This document shows positions 49,890 through 61,619 of a stretch of 64,000 bases of DNA, piece after piece. The position numbers and the translations under genes are program-made. Every line of letters starts with the position of its first letter. Position 1 is the stretch's first letter. The notes beneath the pieces were generated by a model. The model did no database searches, was not told where the DNA came from, and saw only the letters and a program-made list of their open reading frames with translations. This DNA is from Takakia lepidozioides (lineage: Eukaryota; Plantae; Bryophyta), in contig CM060731.1 of assembly GCA_030704615.1 (NCBI GenBank), positions 52,080,001 through 52,144,000 on the forward strand, given 5' to 3'.

Positions 49890-52617
49890 TCTAGAGGCAG
49901 TCCGCATCAGCATTTCCTGCCTGTCCGGCCCCAAGCCCCACTGTTTCCCTTTCAAGAACTCGTTGTACCTACATTGCTGCATAATTGACCTCACAATGTC
50001 CTCCGTTGTGGCAGTGAGGATGTCCACCAGATGCGCTGCAGAGGAGGCACGCCAGGAAGAGTGCACTGATTCGGCCATGTTTGTCGTGGGCATGTCGGTG
50101 TCGGAATCGAGACACATTTCCTGCACAAGCACATGTTCAGGTTACAAGCAAGTTACAAATATGGCCAAGAATAATATTCAACGGGACGCGAATTCGTGCA
50201 ACTCACCTCTTGCATATAGTCGCCGAACTGGAGGAAACGATAATGCCACCATGCTAGCCAATTGACCATTGCTCCCTCGTCTGATTTCCTTACAGCACCT
50301 GACGATGTCCACCAAGCCCGTATGCATGCAAACTGTGTCTCTGCATCATCCAAGGTGGGAGCGCGCTTCCACGCAAGGCACATGGAACGGTGCTCCTCTT
50401 TGAAATCTGGCGCCTGGTTGTGTACTGCGAAAGGCTCTGCAGAAAATGGAACCCACAAGATCTCTCCTTGCCTTCCATGGGAACATTGGGGTCTTGCCCG
50501 TACACCCTTCGGATGGCAGCCCAATTTGCTTGTGCATTGTCCGCCATGAAACCACGGAAATTGGGAGGGGGCAATCCCGCCTTGGCCATCTGTTCGTTTA
50601 TTCCCTGCCAAAGAAGCATCTCCGATTGTGTGTCCTCTCCTTTCATCTCACAAATAGCAATTGTCATTAGCATCCTACAGTGGGTGTCGTAGACATGTGC
50701 ACCCATTGTCACCCACTGGTGATTTGTAATTCGCTTGATATGGTCGAACATGACCCAACTGTTTGACAAGTTCCCACTCGTCATCCTGTCGACCAGTTTG
50801 ACGCCGCTGCCAGGTCCACACGTGGACATTTTGAATACGAAACAACGATCTGCCTCAGTCCCTTGTCCTGGAAACCTACTTCCATGAATGTAGTCATATC
50901 CACATCGTCGCTTCACCTCCAGAATGGAGTGCATATCCGAGCCACGCCCAATTTTCTGTTTGCATGAGACAATGTGGTTTCGGACATTCGGTGAACATAC
51001 GTGGGACACCGACTCCAGCAATGCCTCCATTTCCTTCTCGTCGAGAGGAACTCTATCGGAGCCGTCTTCCGACATAATTCTGGCCAATGCCATCTTATGG
51101 GCGGCTTGGAGCTGTATCTGTTTGGGTTTGGCACCCGGTCTCAACTTAACCTCCTCCTGAACGAGCTGCTCTGCTTCGTGGGCAGCCTCCCGCGAGTTCC
51201 CCCTCGCCAATTTGTGACAATGGGAACCAACGTGTATGCAAGCTCGGGTGAGGTCAGGGAAACGGTGCAACACATAGAACTGCTTGGCATTACAAACAGA
51301 CATGCAGTGTGGTGGTTCTTTGCAATGTGCACACTTAAATGTGGAGTTCGGAACCTTCTCCTGAGCTCGAAATGGTTGATGAGCTGTGCCTGTCCAATCG
51401 GTCTCGTTCCAGTGGAAGCAAGTTGGGGAGAAACACCGCAACGCGCCCGCACAAACAACGTAGCGCACCCGCACACCATCGAGCATCTTCATGCTGGTGG
51501 TTTTGGTAACGCACCAAGGATGACCGTCATGTTTTCTATCCATATCTGTCAACATTCCGGACGCCCTCGAGTAGTCCGCCCGAGGAGGGAACTCAAAGAA
51601 GATATTACCGTCGACGTCGGCGGGAAGGCATGTAACCGATTTAATTGCGAACTTGCTGTAGTCCAGCCCGGCCAGCTCCGACCGGTGTCCCTCCAGGTGA
51701 AGCCCTCGCAGAATTTCCAAGAATAGATCGAACTGCGGTGCTCGTGCTGGGAATATGTCTCCCTCCTCCACTGACGTCCATTGAGGACTTGCCTGATCTC
51801 CAGGACGACCTCGGAACTTCCATGACCTCGTCTGAGTCGGACAGGTTGTGAACAACCCGGTTCTCGCTCGTCTTCATGGATGGGTTCGGCTCTGGATTTA
51901 CTTCGTTGCGGACTTCTCTCTTTGAGGTAGCCACTCTCTGATTCGCGGATTGTTTCGTGGAAGGCGCCAGGATAGAAGGTGCATTTGGCGGGCAAATGAA
52001 GTCCCCAACAGCCCTGTATATGACGCTGTCCGATGGTGGAACTCGCCATTCCCTGCCATCACCGAAATCATCGTGGAGCACAACAATACTCTCGACAACA
52101 AGGCCGTTAGAGTCCTTCCTTTCCTCCTCCAAAAAAACCGACCCCGGTTTCAGGTGGTATCGAACGCACAGATATTTCTCCATCACCCGGCAGATGTCCC
52201 CTCTGCACGGAAATGAAGCTCTATGCTCGTGAGGAGGGCAGTACACTGTAGCGCTCGGGTTTTCCGCCATGGGAGATGTGCACACAAGACTGCTAGGATG
52301 GCGTGCGGGGAAGCTCCCTGGTAGAAGGGGGATGCAGCGATGGGAATGAATGCGATGCCGATTTGTCCGAGCGACGAAGCCTGATCCAAATCCAGGGAGC
52401 CAACTATCTCAAAAATCCACAGTCAGAGTGTTAATGAACCTTGTCTCCGGAATGCGGCCCCTGGTCTTTGCGCAATAACTGCCAACGGTATGCAGTCAGA
52501 AAGTGGGGGGCCGTCCAGATGATGACGGCTGAAGGGGAGAAGCCGGCACCGTGCCGTCACATTACTACCCCCAAATGGAAATTCGGCACCCAATATCCAA
52601 CAGGGGAAGCCCGGATG

Positions 52618-55065
52618 CAGCGTAGCTACGGCGTGAGCCTAGCCCCGTGAGCCTGGGAGCTGAGCTCACGTTGTAGCTGCAAAGCGTGAGCGACACAATT
52701 TTTTTGGAGAAGCAGGTCCTATAGGCGAGGATTGCAAGAAGAGGGCCTATTACCGTGGACAAAACAAAGGGGGCCACCATGCACCATGTCTACAATGCCT
52801 GCACAAAAAGAGTAATATGAAAATATGGCAGAATAGAGCTCATAATGATTGACACACTCTATTTCAATTCACAGATAGACGCTTACAATGAATGGCATGT
52901 GCATTTGCCCTGGTTCCGTGAACGAAATGTATGTGTTTGTCCTAAATGCAAAGTCTTCACACGGTAACCTTGAAACCAGTATGGGAAGTGGGCATGGCTC
53001 GTATGTGTTCAAAGAGAATTTGGCGGAGCCCTACGTGAGGTGTCCCGCTGCAGAAGGGTGATGACTTCTCCGTAGCCTAGTGTGGCTTGGTGAATGAATT
53101 GGTCTCTCTTACCGTCGCAACACATAATTACAAGGTATATGTAATATTGATGCTTGCAGGGGACCCACTTCCCTCTCATGCCGAGAGCGCCCTCACGCAT
53201 CGTTACAAAATCCGGACAAGTGCAAGTAGGGAAATTCCCCACGGTAACCTGATATTCTTTGCCATGAAGAACTGAGCCAATAGACAGCACTGTGTAAATC
53301 CGTCCATACCCCGGGGCAGGGACTTCGGTGATACGAGCCACCCGAGCCTGCAAAATTCTAGCCGATTCCATCTTGCATTCGTGATCTGCACCCGAAGCGA
53401 CACGGCGCACTGTTTTTCCATCTCTTTTTGTTGGGTGGGAGTCGGCACCGGGTGGAGGCATTGCCGGAGCTTGTGGCACATCTGTGCCGACAGTGCACAA
53501 GGGCACCACTCGGGATCGTGCAAGACAAAACCCTCCCTCCTCCAGCATGCTTATCTCGGTTGTTGACAGCGACGTCCCAAGTTTCACAGGCCAAATTGCG
53601 GGGGGAGGGGGTTTCATTATCACCGAAGGACGAACTGTTCCCTTGACGCATCGTGCCATATCGTCTGGGCAGAACCAGAACTTGTGGTCCTTTGACTCCC
53701 CACTATGATAAGGTCGGAACAACCCTGTGAATGTTGGAGCTGGAGTCCCCCTGGAGCCTTTGCATATTTTTGATTTGCATTTCTTGAAAGAGGGGGTCCG
53801 AATTGCCATGCAAGCAACTCTAGATCCTAGTGGGGTGCGTTCTATATGCCACTCACTATCAATGCAATCAGATTCCTGCACCATGGCCACCACCTCCTCC
53901 AATGGGATTCCTGCTGCTGTGCTTGCATGTTCTGCACCTGCTCCACAGGAGGAGGACCCACCTGGGAAGGGGCCGGCACAGGACTTAGTCTGCACTGGAG
54001 ACACCTTTGGCACAGAGAAATTGACCCTGTCTGGGCGATGGGAATCTCCATCTGAACCTGGAAGAGTGTTCAATTTCCTTTTGCATGATCCAAATCTTTC
54101 CTCGCCTTCCAAATGAGGGAGCCTGGATTGCAATGGGGAGCCTTCAGTGCACCTGTTCAGAGCTTTGGCCATCTTGGATGGGTCTCCAGACCTACTCGCA
54201 GCCCTTAGCATCAACAAAGTCGAACCGGGGCCCTTGCCTCCACCCCGTCCCATCAGAAAATTGCGGTACCTGGTTTGTTGTGTGAGTGCCCGCACCATGT
54301 CATCAGCAGTGGCCACATACAAGTCACGACCTGCTTTGGTAGATTGCTGCATCCAGGCGTTATGAACAGTCTCCGCCAAATTACAGGATGGCATGTCGGC
54401 CAAGTCCTCCAAGGACATTTCCTGCACGAGGCAATGCATGGAAATGTGAGGAAGGAAAGGAAATGGAAGAGGTTCTTCAAGCGACAATCCAAGAACCCCA
54501 AATGAAGAGGCATGTTGCAAAATTTCTGATTTTGGGATTCGAGAGGCTTACCGTCGTCATGAAAGCTCCCCACTGTCTGTATCTGAAGTGCCAGAAAACC
54601 AACCAGTCCTCCAACTCCTTCAGGTGGATACCAGTAGCAGCACCAGAGGAAAACCACCAAGCCCGGATTGCTTGGTAAGTGCTCTCAGCTTCTCCCATTG
54701 ATTTGGCATTTTTGTACTTGAGACAGAGCCTTCTGTGCTCCAACTGAAGGTTAGGGCGAATGCAGCGTTTTGTATGACGTGCCAGAGATTGACTCCAATG
54801 GAAGAGGCATGTGCGCTCCCTATTTTCCATTGGGACCTTAGGATCCCCCGAACCAAACACGCGCCGCACTGCATTGAAATTTGCCTGTGCACTATCAGCC
54901 ATGAAGCCCGCAAAATTTGTCTTCTGTATTCCGTTGCGCTGCATGACGGCCAGGAGCGAATTCCACATGAGCATCTGGGATTCAGTGTCCTCCGACTGCA
55001 TATCACAAATTGCTATTGAGAGCACACGTTGGTACGCTGGATCATACACATGGCACGCCATGGGG
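52618..55065 (-). mobile_element. MULE family C, downstream end and 3' half of transposase
   Basis: Abrupt junction with A copy 2, GTGAGC repeats, CCTATTACCG motif; truncated at ~55065. Confidence 0.75.
53009..55062 (-). pseudogene. 5'-truncated MULE transposase C with SWIM; intron 54422-54551; remaining frame open
   Basis: FAGFMADSAQAN, ERTCLFHW, CNLAETVH, PTCTCPDF..PCKHQYY. Confidence 0.9.
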
Positions 55066-55066
55066 C

Positions 55067-58000
55067 AAGTACAGAAAAGCGAAATTCTTGTCATATGTGT
55101 TATCCTAGTGGACAGTCCAGCAGAGAAAGTCCACTAAAGAAAATTAAATCTAAAATCCAGTCACAGCGGTTACAGCCAATAGAAAGCCAGAGAAAGGATC
55201 AAGAAATTGGAGGGAAATTAAGCGCAAGAGTCGGCGTCGTTCCGAGTAACGGGCGTCTCGACGGGACAAACCATCAATGCTATAGCTTTGAAGCTATGGA
55301 GGAACTAACAGACTATACGCTCGCAATATTACTTACGCAGTGGCATAGGGACGAAACAACAGAGCGGATCTTTTCTCTTGAGCGATGCTTGCAAGCCCCG
55401 CAGGCTTACAAGAAATTACCCATAGCTTTTTGTGGCAACCATACGTTTATGCTTTGTGCACTACAGGCATTTCTTCAGTTGTTACAGCCAAAACATTTCT
55501 GTAGGTCTAGAATGAAGAGAGTGAGAGGAATGGAGGAAATCAGGGTGAAGAGCACCACAATTCTGCAGAAACAAACGATTGCTACCCCACAGGCGATACA
55601 GATACTGAAGGAGCTGAGATTGCAAGGATTGCAAAGCAAAGATTGGACATTGCACCATAGACAGTACATGTTACAATTCTTGCAGAACTTTGAGCCAAGG
55701 ACAGGAGCAACAACGGTGAAGGGAGTTGAATTAGTAATTACTCCCTTATACCTCCAGCAATTGTTTCGATTGCCAGCAGGCCAGATGCATGTGGAGGAGC
55801 ACGGGCAAGACTGCAAATAGGGGACTTATTCCAAGAAGGGAGTTTCTTTAAAACTCAGGGTTATGCTTGTACCAAGGCCGTGTACCCAGGGCTAAAGGAG
55901 GTAGGCCAGGTATTGAACGTTCTGTTTGCCATGAAACAGAACCAACAGTATTTGAGCAGATCCTTCACAGAGGAAATACTCAAAGCCCTGAGAGGAGAAG
56001 AGATAGAATGGGCGGACATAATGTACAATGCACTGGTAGAGGAGATGAAAAGATTACGGGGTACTGCCGCAAAGTCTCCTATCATAGTGTCTGGCCCAAT
56101 CATTGCTCAAATAATTCTTGATTCTGGCATACTTGATGCGCAAGAAAGAAATGAGATGGGAGTGTTTGAGCCAGAAACCACTGCAATGGAAGAGCAAGGC
56201 TCTTCACACAGTGAGGGTAGACTGGCAGGGCAACCCGAGAATAAGAGACAGAGGCGGGGAAAGACTGTAGTGGCGGATCCACTGGCTTCACGGAATCCGC
56301 ATGATAATGTTTCCCAAGTTTTTGTGCAGAAATGGGCACAGCAGCACAGAGAACTGCTATTACTGGAAGCATGACCTTCAGAGAGGGAAGAGGAAGTTAC
56401 TTCAGTATCACAGCCATCACAGCCAGAGGATCGGCTTGTCACAAGGTTACCACAAGTTGTCCATGCAATTCAACCAAAAATAATTGATTTAGAAAAAGAA
56501 GGGTTAGATATTCCCACTACAGAACAGGTGGTGGCAGAAATTGAGAAGGGGGACCTTCTCTATGAATATTCTGGTATGGTAAAGGACACAGTGATTCCGG
56601 AGGTGCAACGATTGTCCAAGGGAAACCCTGCGGTGCATATAATACACACACCTGTGACGGAGGTACCACAGGTAGAGTGCCAAGACACTGCAGCACTAGT
56701 GACGGATGAAGTGGTTCAGGAAGAAAATCTGGTGGGGCAATGGCCTGAATGGTTCGTAAGACATCACACTGTTGAGGATCAGGGAGAACAACAGCAAGCT
56801 CACCATGATGACCCTCAACAGGCTATGCTTATGAGTTCCATAAGCAGGACACTGAATTTGTTGGGTACTTATGTCAAATCCCATGTTCCCACTACTCAAT
56901 TGGCAGCTTTGAGGGAGGAACTCAGGCAAGAGTTTGAGGCTCGACTTGCCACAGAGTGTGCAAACAAGGTCGATGAAGAGGTCACTCTCAAAATGCAGCA
57001 AAACTTGGAGAGTACAGAAGTGGCTTTGCAATTGGCCAAGGAACAATTGATTGAGGCAGGCCTCGCGCACAAGAACACTTGCACGAAGCACATAAGCAAC
57101 AGCTATACCAAATGCAGGTGAAGCATGAAAGCAAGTTGCAAGAAGTAAATGCACTACATATGGAGTTGCAGACAGTGCATGACAGGATGGCCATACAATG
57201 TGCTACACTCACAAATATGCTTGACCAATCTACAAAAGAAATAAACAGTCAAGCGGAAAAATGTACGAAGGTAGAAGAAGAGAATGTTGAGCAAATGAAA
57301 CTCATTGTCGATATGAAGAATACAATCTGTCGCAATGAGGATACTTTCAAGCAATACAGGCAGGTTGAAGCTGACCAAGAGAAGCACATCCTGGAGTTGC
57401 AACAAACGGTCATGGCCAATCGAAATGATATCTCGGTCACTAACAAGGCTTGGAAGGAAGCCAATAATCTGCTTGCTGCTTATGCGAATTTGGTTGAACC
57501 TCATGCGAAGCGCATGGAAACTTTACAACAGCAGTTAGATGTGTACAAACTCAGAGAGGAGCACACTCTTAGAGGAACCACAAGCAACTTGGTGGATAAC
57601 CACCTTATGCAGGTCTGGTTAGCACAAGGGCCAGTGGAGGGCAAAGCACCACGAAAGCTCACCCAAAGCGAGATGAATGAGCTCAGACTGCAAGTGCAGA
57701 ACATTGCCACAACTACTATAGACAATGTCTATAGTAGAATAGCAGAGTTACAGGAGGATGTAGATGGACTGCAGACTCAAGTGGAGGACCTAACTTCAGA
57801 TATCGACAAAAGAGTCTATATACCTGAGAAACAGCTAATGGCTTCTTATTTACAAGCCAGAACTTTGGCTTTTCAATCTTCTTCACAGCAGGTGTAGGAG
57901 ATGCCAATGATACAAGAGCCAGTGCCATCAACACCACAACAACTCACTGTGCCTGTAGCTGACCCTGTTGTTACTACAGCCACACCACAGCCACCACAGC

Positions 58001-59015
58001 CTGACGTATGGGGCAATGCTGCTTTTAACCCACCAAAAACTCCAGCTGCAAGGGAGTACAGTAGGGCTATGATTATGCCCTTCAACCAAATTCCCATTGT
58101 GTTGGATTTGGTTTGAAAAGAATTTAGTCCTCCGTAGTCATTCGCACATTACTATCAAATCATGCGCATATGGCTGCCAGTGGCAACTAGGACTAAAGTT
58201 CTTCCGAACAATCGACCAATTGAGGATCATCACTTTGCACAGTACTGGCATGAGGCAGGTACCATGTTGAAGGAATTAATTGCTTTCCAAGTTGTACATG
58301 GATTCATTTATACCAAGACTAAGGAGGTAGCAAGTATTGTCATGGGATGCGGGTTATACTACGCTGCTTGTTTTCTGGTACGTTATCACATTGAGCAGCA
58401 CAAGATGCAATTGCGCTTTCTGAGTTATTCCAGTGGGGATCATTGGGTCTTACCTTCACTCCCACCTCATATGTACCTATATGAAGCAAAAGTTATGATA
58501 CAAAAGGATTCTCAAATTCGTTCATGGTTTCATGCGGCCTGGAACAATTTGTCAACACAGAAATTCGGCATTGATGATATTTTCTATAAGGGACATGTGG
58601 CATGGAAATACTTGCACAATTCCCAAGTCATTGGTACCCCACTCACCTGGACAGAAAAGGAGCTCAGGGTCTTCACCAATTTTGCCATTCAGCGTTTACA
58701 GCAAGTTTTAAAATATAAACTTCCAGACATGGTAGGACAACATTGTATGCCCCAGAGGATTCCACAAAAAGTTCGACAATTAAAACACCTGAGAGGCGAG
58801 GAGGATTCTGATACAACTGTTTCTTCAGCGGACTCTTTTGACATGGGAGAAGACTATGCAATTCAGATGGCAGAAAAGAAGCGACGGGGGTCTCCTATGC
58901 CTGAAAGGTTACCTAGATATCAGCCTCCAGAAGGCCTCACATATCCAGGTAGTGTTCAATCATCTCCGTCAACCAGTGGGCTCGTACACACAGTCCGCCA
59001 CGAAACTCTCAACGT
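55067..59015 (+). pseudogene. Extra ORF copy 3, no LTR retained
   Basis: High similarity to 31790-35733; best-preserved reading frames. Confidence 0.82.
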
Positions 59016-61619
59016 GCCATCCACGCCTATAGGAAGCTGACTACTCCCAAAAATCCAGGGTGAAGCCCATGAGGTACAACACTGCCCCACCAACAAGGAC
59101 ATCGTACGAGACCACATCTGCCACAATAACCTTGGCTCTCATCACTGAGCCATCTGTAGGATGATCCGGCTGTAGTCTGATAGCCAACTCACGCCGTATC
59201 ATGCCCCGAGCCTGCTCTGATCTTCCCAAAGATGTCTGTATCTGGAAAGGGCACGGCTTCATATTCGCCTCCGTGAGGCCCAAGCCTGCAATAGCAACTC
59301 TACCCAGCATCAATGGCTGAGCTCCCGAGTCCAACAAGACTCGCAGTGGCCGGTACCTCTTGCCTGCCGGTCCACTCAAACAGAAAATGTCATCCTGGTT
59401 GTCTAATATGACAACTCCAGGTGTCACCATGGCGCGCTCAATGGCTGGCCTAGCTGGCAGCTCCATCAACCTGGCAGCTGCAACTTGCCATGGCGCCGCT
59501 GTGGCAGTCTTGACCCTCACATCCGAGGATCCCTCCGGCACTACACCTCCCACTATCTCCGCAGAAGATGAAATAACCTCCCCACTCTCACATAGTGTAG
59601 CTGCCAGTCTGAACACCTCAACTGGTCTTACCCCCGGCATCGCAATCATGGTAGCCGAGAATAATGGAGCCTGACACACAGATGTGGCCGCCCCCAGCAG
59701 CACATTAGCTGTCGCAGCCTTGGCAACACTAGGTAGTTGTGCTGCTCGTGTAGCTCTCCCCAATGGCATAGTAACCTCCGCCTCGGTAACAGTCGGGCGA
59801 ATACTAGGTGCCATGGACGGCGTCGACATTGTCTCCGCCAATGTGAATGACTGAGGAAGCTTGACCTGACGGCTTGCCTCCCCACGCTGTGGATCCAACT
59901 CCACCTCCGCACCCCATGACTCAGGAACTCGTGCTGCTCCTCGAGTCACTGCCGCAGCTGACTCCACTTGCACTAGTGGTAGTCTTGCGCCCCGCGCATA
60001 GTGGTAGTGGTATTGGCACCCCTCACCAGTGGTAGCGGTGCCCCATCCATAGTGGTAGTGGTAGTGACACCCCTCACCAGTGGTAGTGGTGCCCCACCCA
60101 TAGTGGTAGTGGTAGTGACACCCCTCACTAGTGGTAGTGCTGCCCCGCATATGAATCCCATGCCTCCTATGTCTCCTCCCTCAGGAGCAAGAGGTAGACC
60201 ATCCGGCCTTGGAGCTGGTACCACCTGAGCTGTGGCCATGGCAGCGAGCCTTTGTTCTAGCTGGTGAAGCCGGTTGGCCATGCCTTGGTCACCACCTTGA
60301 CCTCCGCGTCCTTGGCCATGTTGAGCTTGCCCTTGGCCTGCACCTCATGCCTGGCCACCTCGTCCTCTCTAGGCTGCTCCACCTCGCCCCGGGCCACCAT
60401 TGTTCCCTTGGAACTGGCCTGGGCACAACTCAGGATGCAAACCATAGCACTGGGCTTCTCCATGCCCGTATTTGCTACAATGCCCACACTGCAACTGTGT
60501 AGGCTATGCTAGTGCCAAACCATTGCCGCCCTCTGGGCAATCCTTCTTGACATGGGGTCCCCCACATGTCCAGCACACCACATCCGCCCGTTGTTGGCTA
60601 GCAAATGAAGGGAGAGACCTCTGTATCTGAGGTCCTCTCTGCCCTTCCCTGGGCTTCACCTGAGCCCCCTTCTAGCCTTGAGCACGTTGAGATAGTGGCT
60701 GGCTAGGTGTACCACTACCCCGTGGTGCCTCCTTAGCAAATCCCTCCATGACCACTCGTTCCTCCACCATGTTGAGCTCTATCCACTCTGCCAGCAAAAA
60801 CACATTTGCTAAGGTGGGTTGGGCCACTTGTAGGAGAGTTGCATCCCGCACCCTTCTCCTCAGCTCCTTGTCCAATATCCCGTACCAGAACTGGACTGCC
60901 TGGGCCTTCGTAACCCCTTGGGTTACATTTATCAAGCGCCTCATGCGAGTGAAAGCCTCCCTCAAACTCTCAGTAGGCTTCCTCTGGAACTCTTGCAAAC
61001 TCCTCAACTTCTTTGAAGAACTCCACAACAGGGTTGGAGGCAGGCACCGCCACTGGTGCTGGTGCAGCAGTAGCTTGGGTAGACGTCGTATTTGCTGTAC
61101 CACTAGTCCCACTACTGCTCGTGGAAGCTGATGTTGTAGCTGTTGCTGCCGGTGCAGCAGCCGGTGTGGCTGCTGCCCTTGTGCCTCTAGTGGCTCTAGT
61201 GATGGAGACATAGTCGGGTGACCAGTACATCCTCCACTCCTCAATCTCAACATCATGCCCCCGCCTAAACTCATGGTAATCATCCATGGGCGGCCCCTCA
61301 AGATGCTGAAACAGCCCCTTCCATGCCATGAAAGGCGTAAACAGTTGTGGATTGCGCATTTGCTGCAAGTCACACCAATTATCAAACGTATGGAGCCACC
61401 AAGGGGCCACGTAGGTACTCTGGGGTGGTAGGCACCATTGAGTTGGATGAAGGAAACAACTTCCACCGCCGGTGTGAGTCCTCCTGATTCACAATCCGAA
61501 TCAGAACCTTCTGTAGAAGACACAGGAGGTGAAGGTGGCCTAAACCACACACCTCGTCTCGTATACCCGCTAGTATCGCTAGTGCTCGTACCGGCACTTT
61601 CCCCAGCAACTAGTGGCAC
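59016..61619 (-). pseudogene. gag-pol: Gypsy gag plus aspartic protease fragment (RT absent)
   Basis: LQEFQRKPTESLREAFTRM..QFWYGIL; VLLDSGAQ..YDVLVGG; stops. 61.7-64 kb is probably its long leader. Confidence 0.8.
59998..60137. repeat. 51-bp tandem repeat, about 3 units, within gag
   Basis: ATAGTGGTAGTGGTAGTGACACCCCTCACCAGTGGTAGTGGTGCCCC.. repeated. Confidence 0.85.

Larger units (their letters stand above)
41731..52389 (-). pseudogene. Transposase A copy 2, disrupted by 42923-49889; intron 50121-50206
   Basis: 521-aa ORF 50290-51855 with FRGFMADNAQAN/CGFHF; SWIM PTCNCTDF..CKHLYY at 41731-42108. Confidence 0.9.
40885..52617 (-). mobile_element. MULE family A copy 2 (intact downstream terminus, upstream part lost, interrupted by chromovirus)
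   Basis: Starts GAGGTTTGCTATTTCATGAG; homology to copy 1 ends at 52617. Confidence 0.9.
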
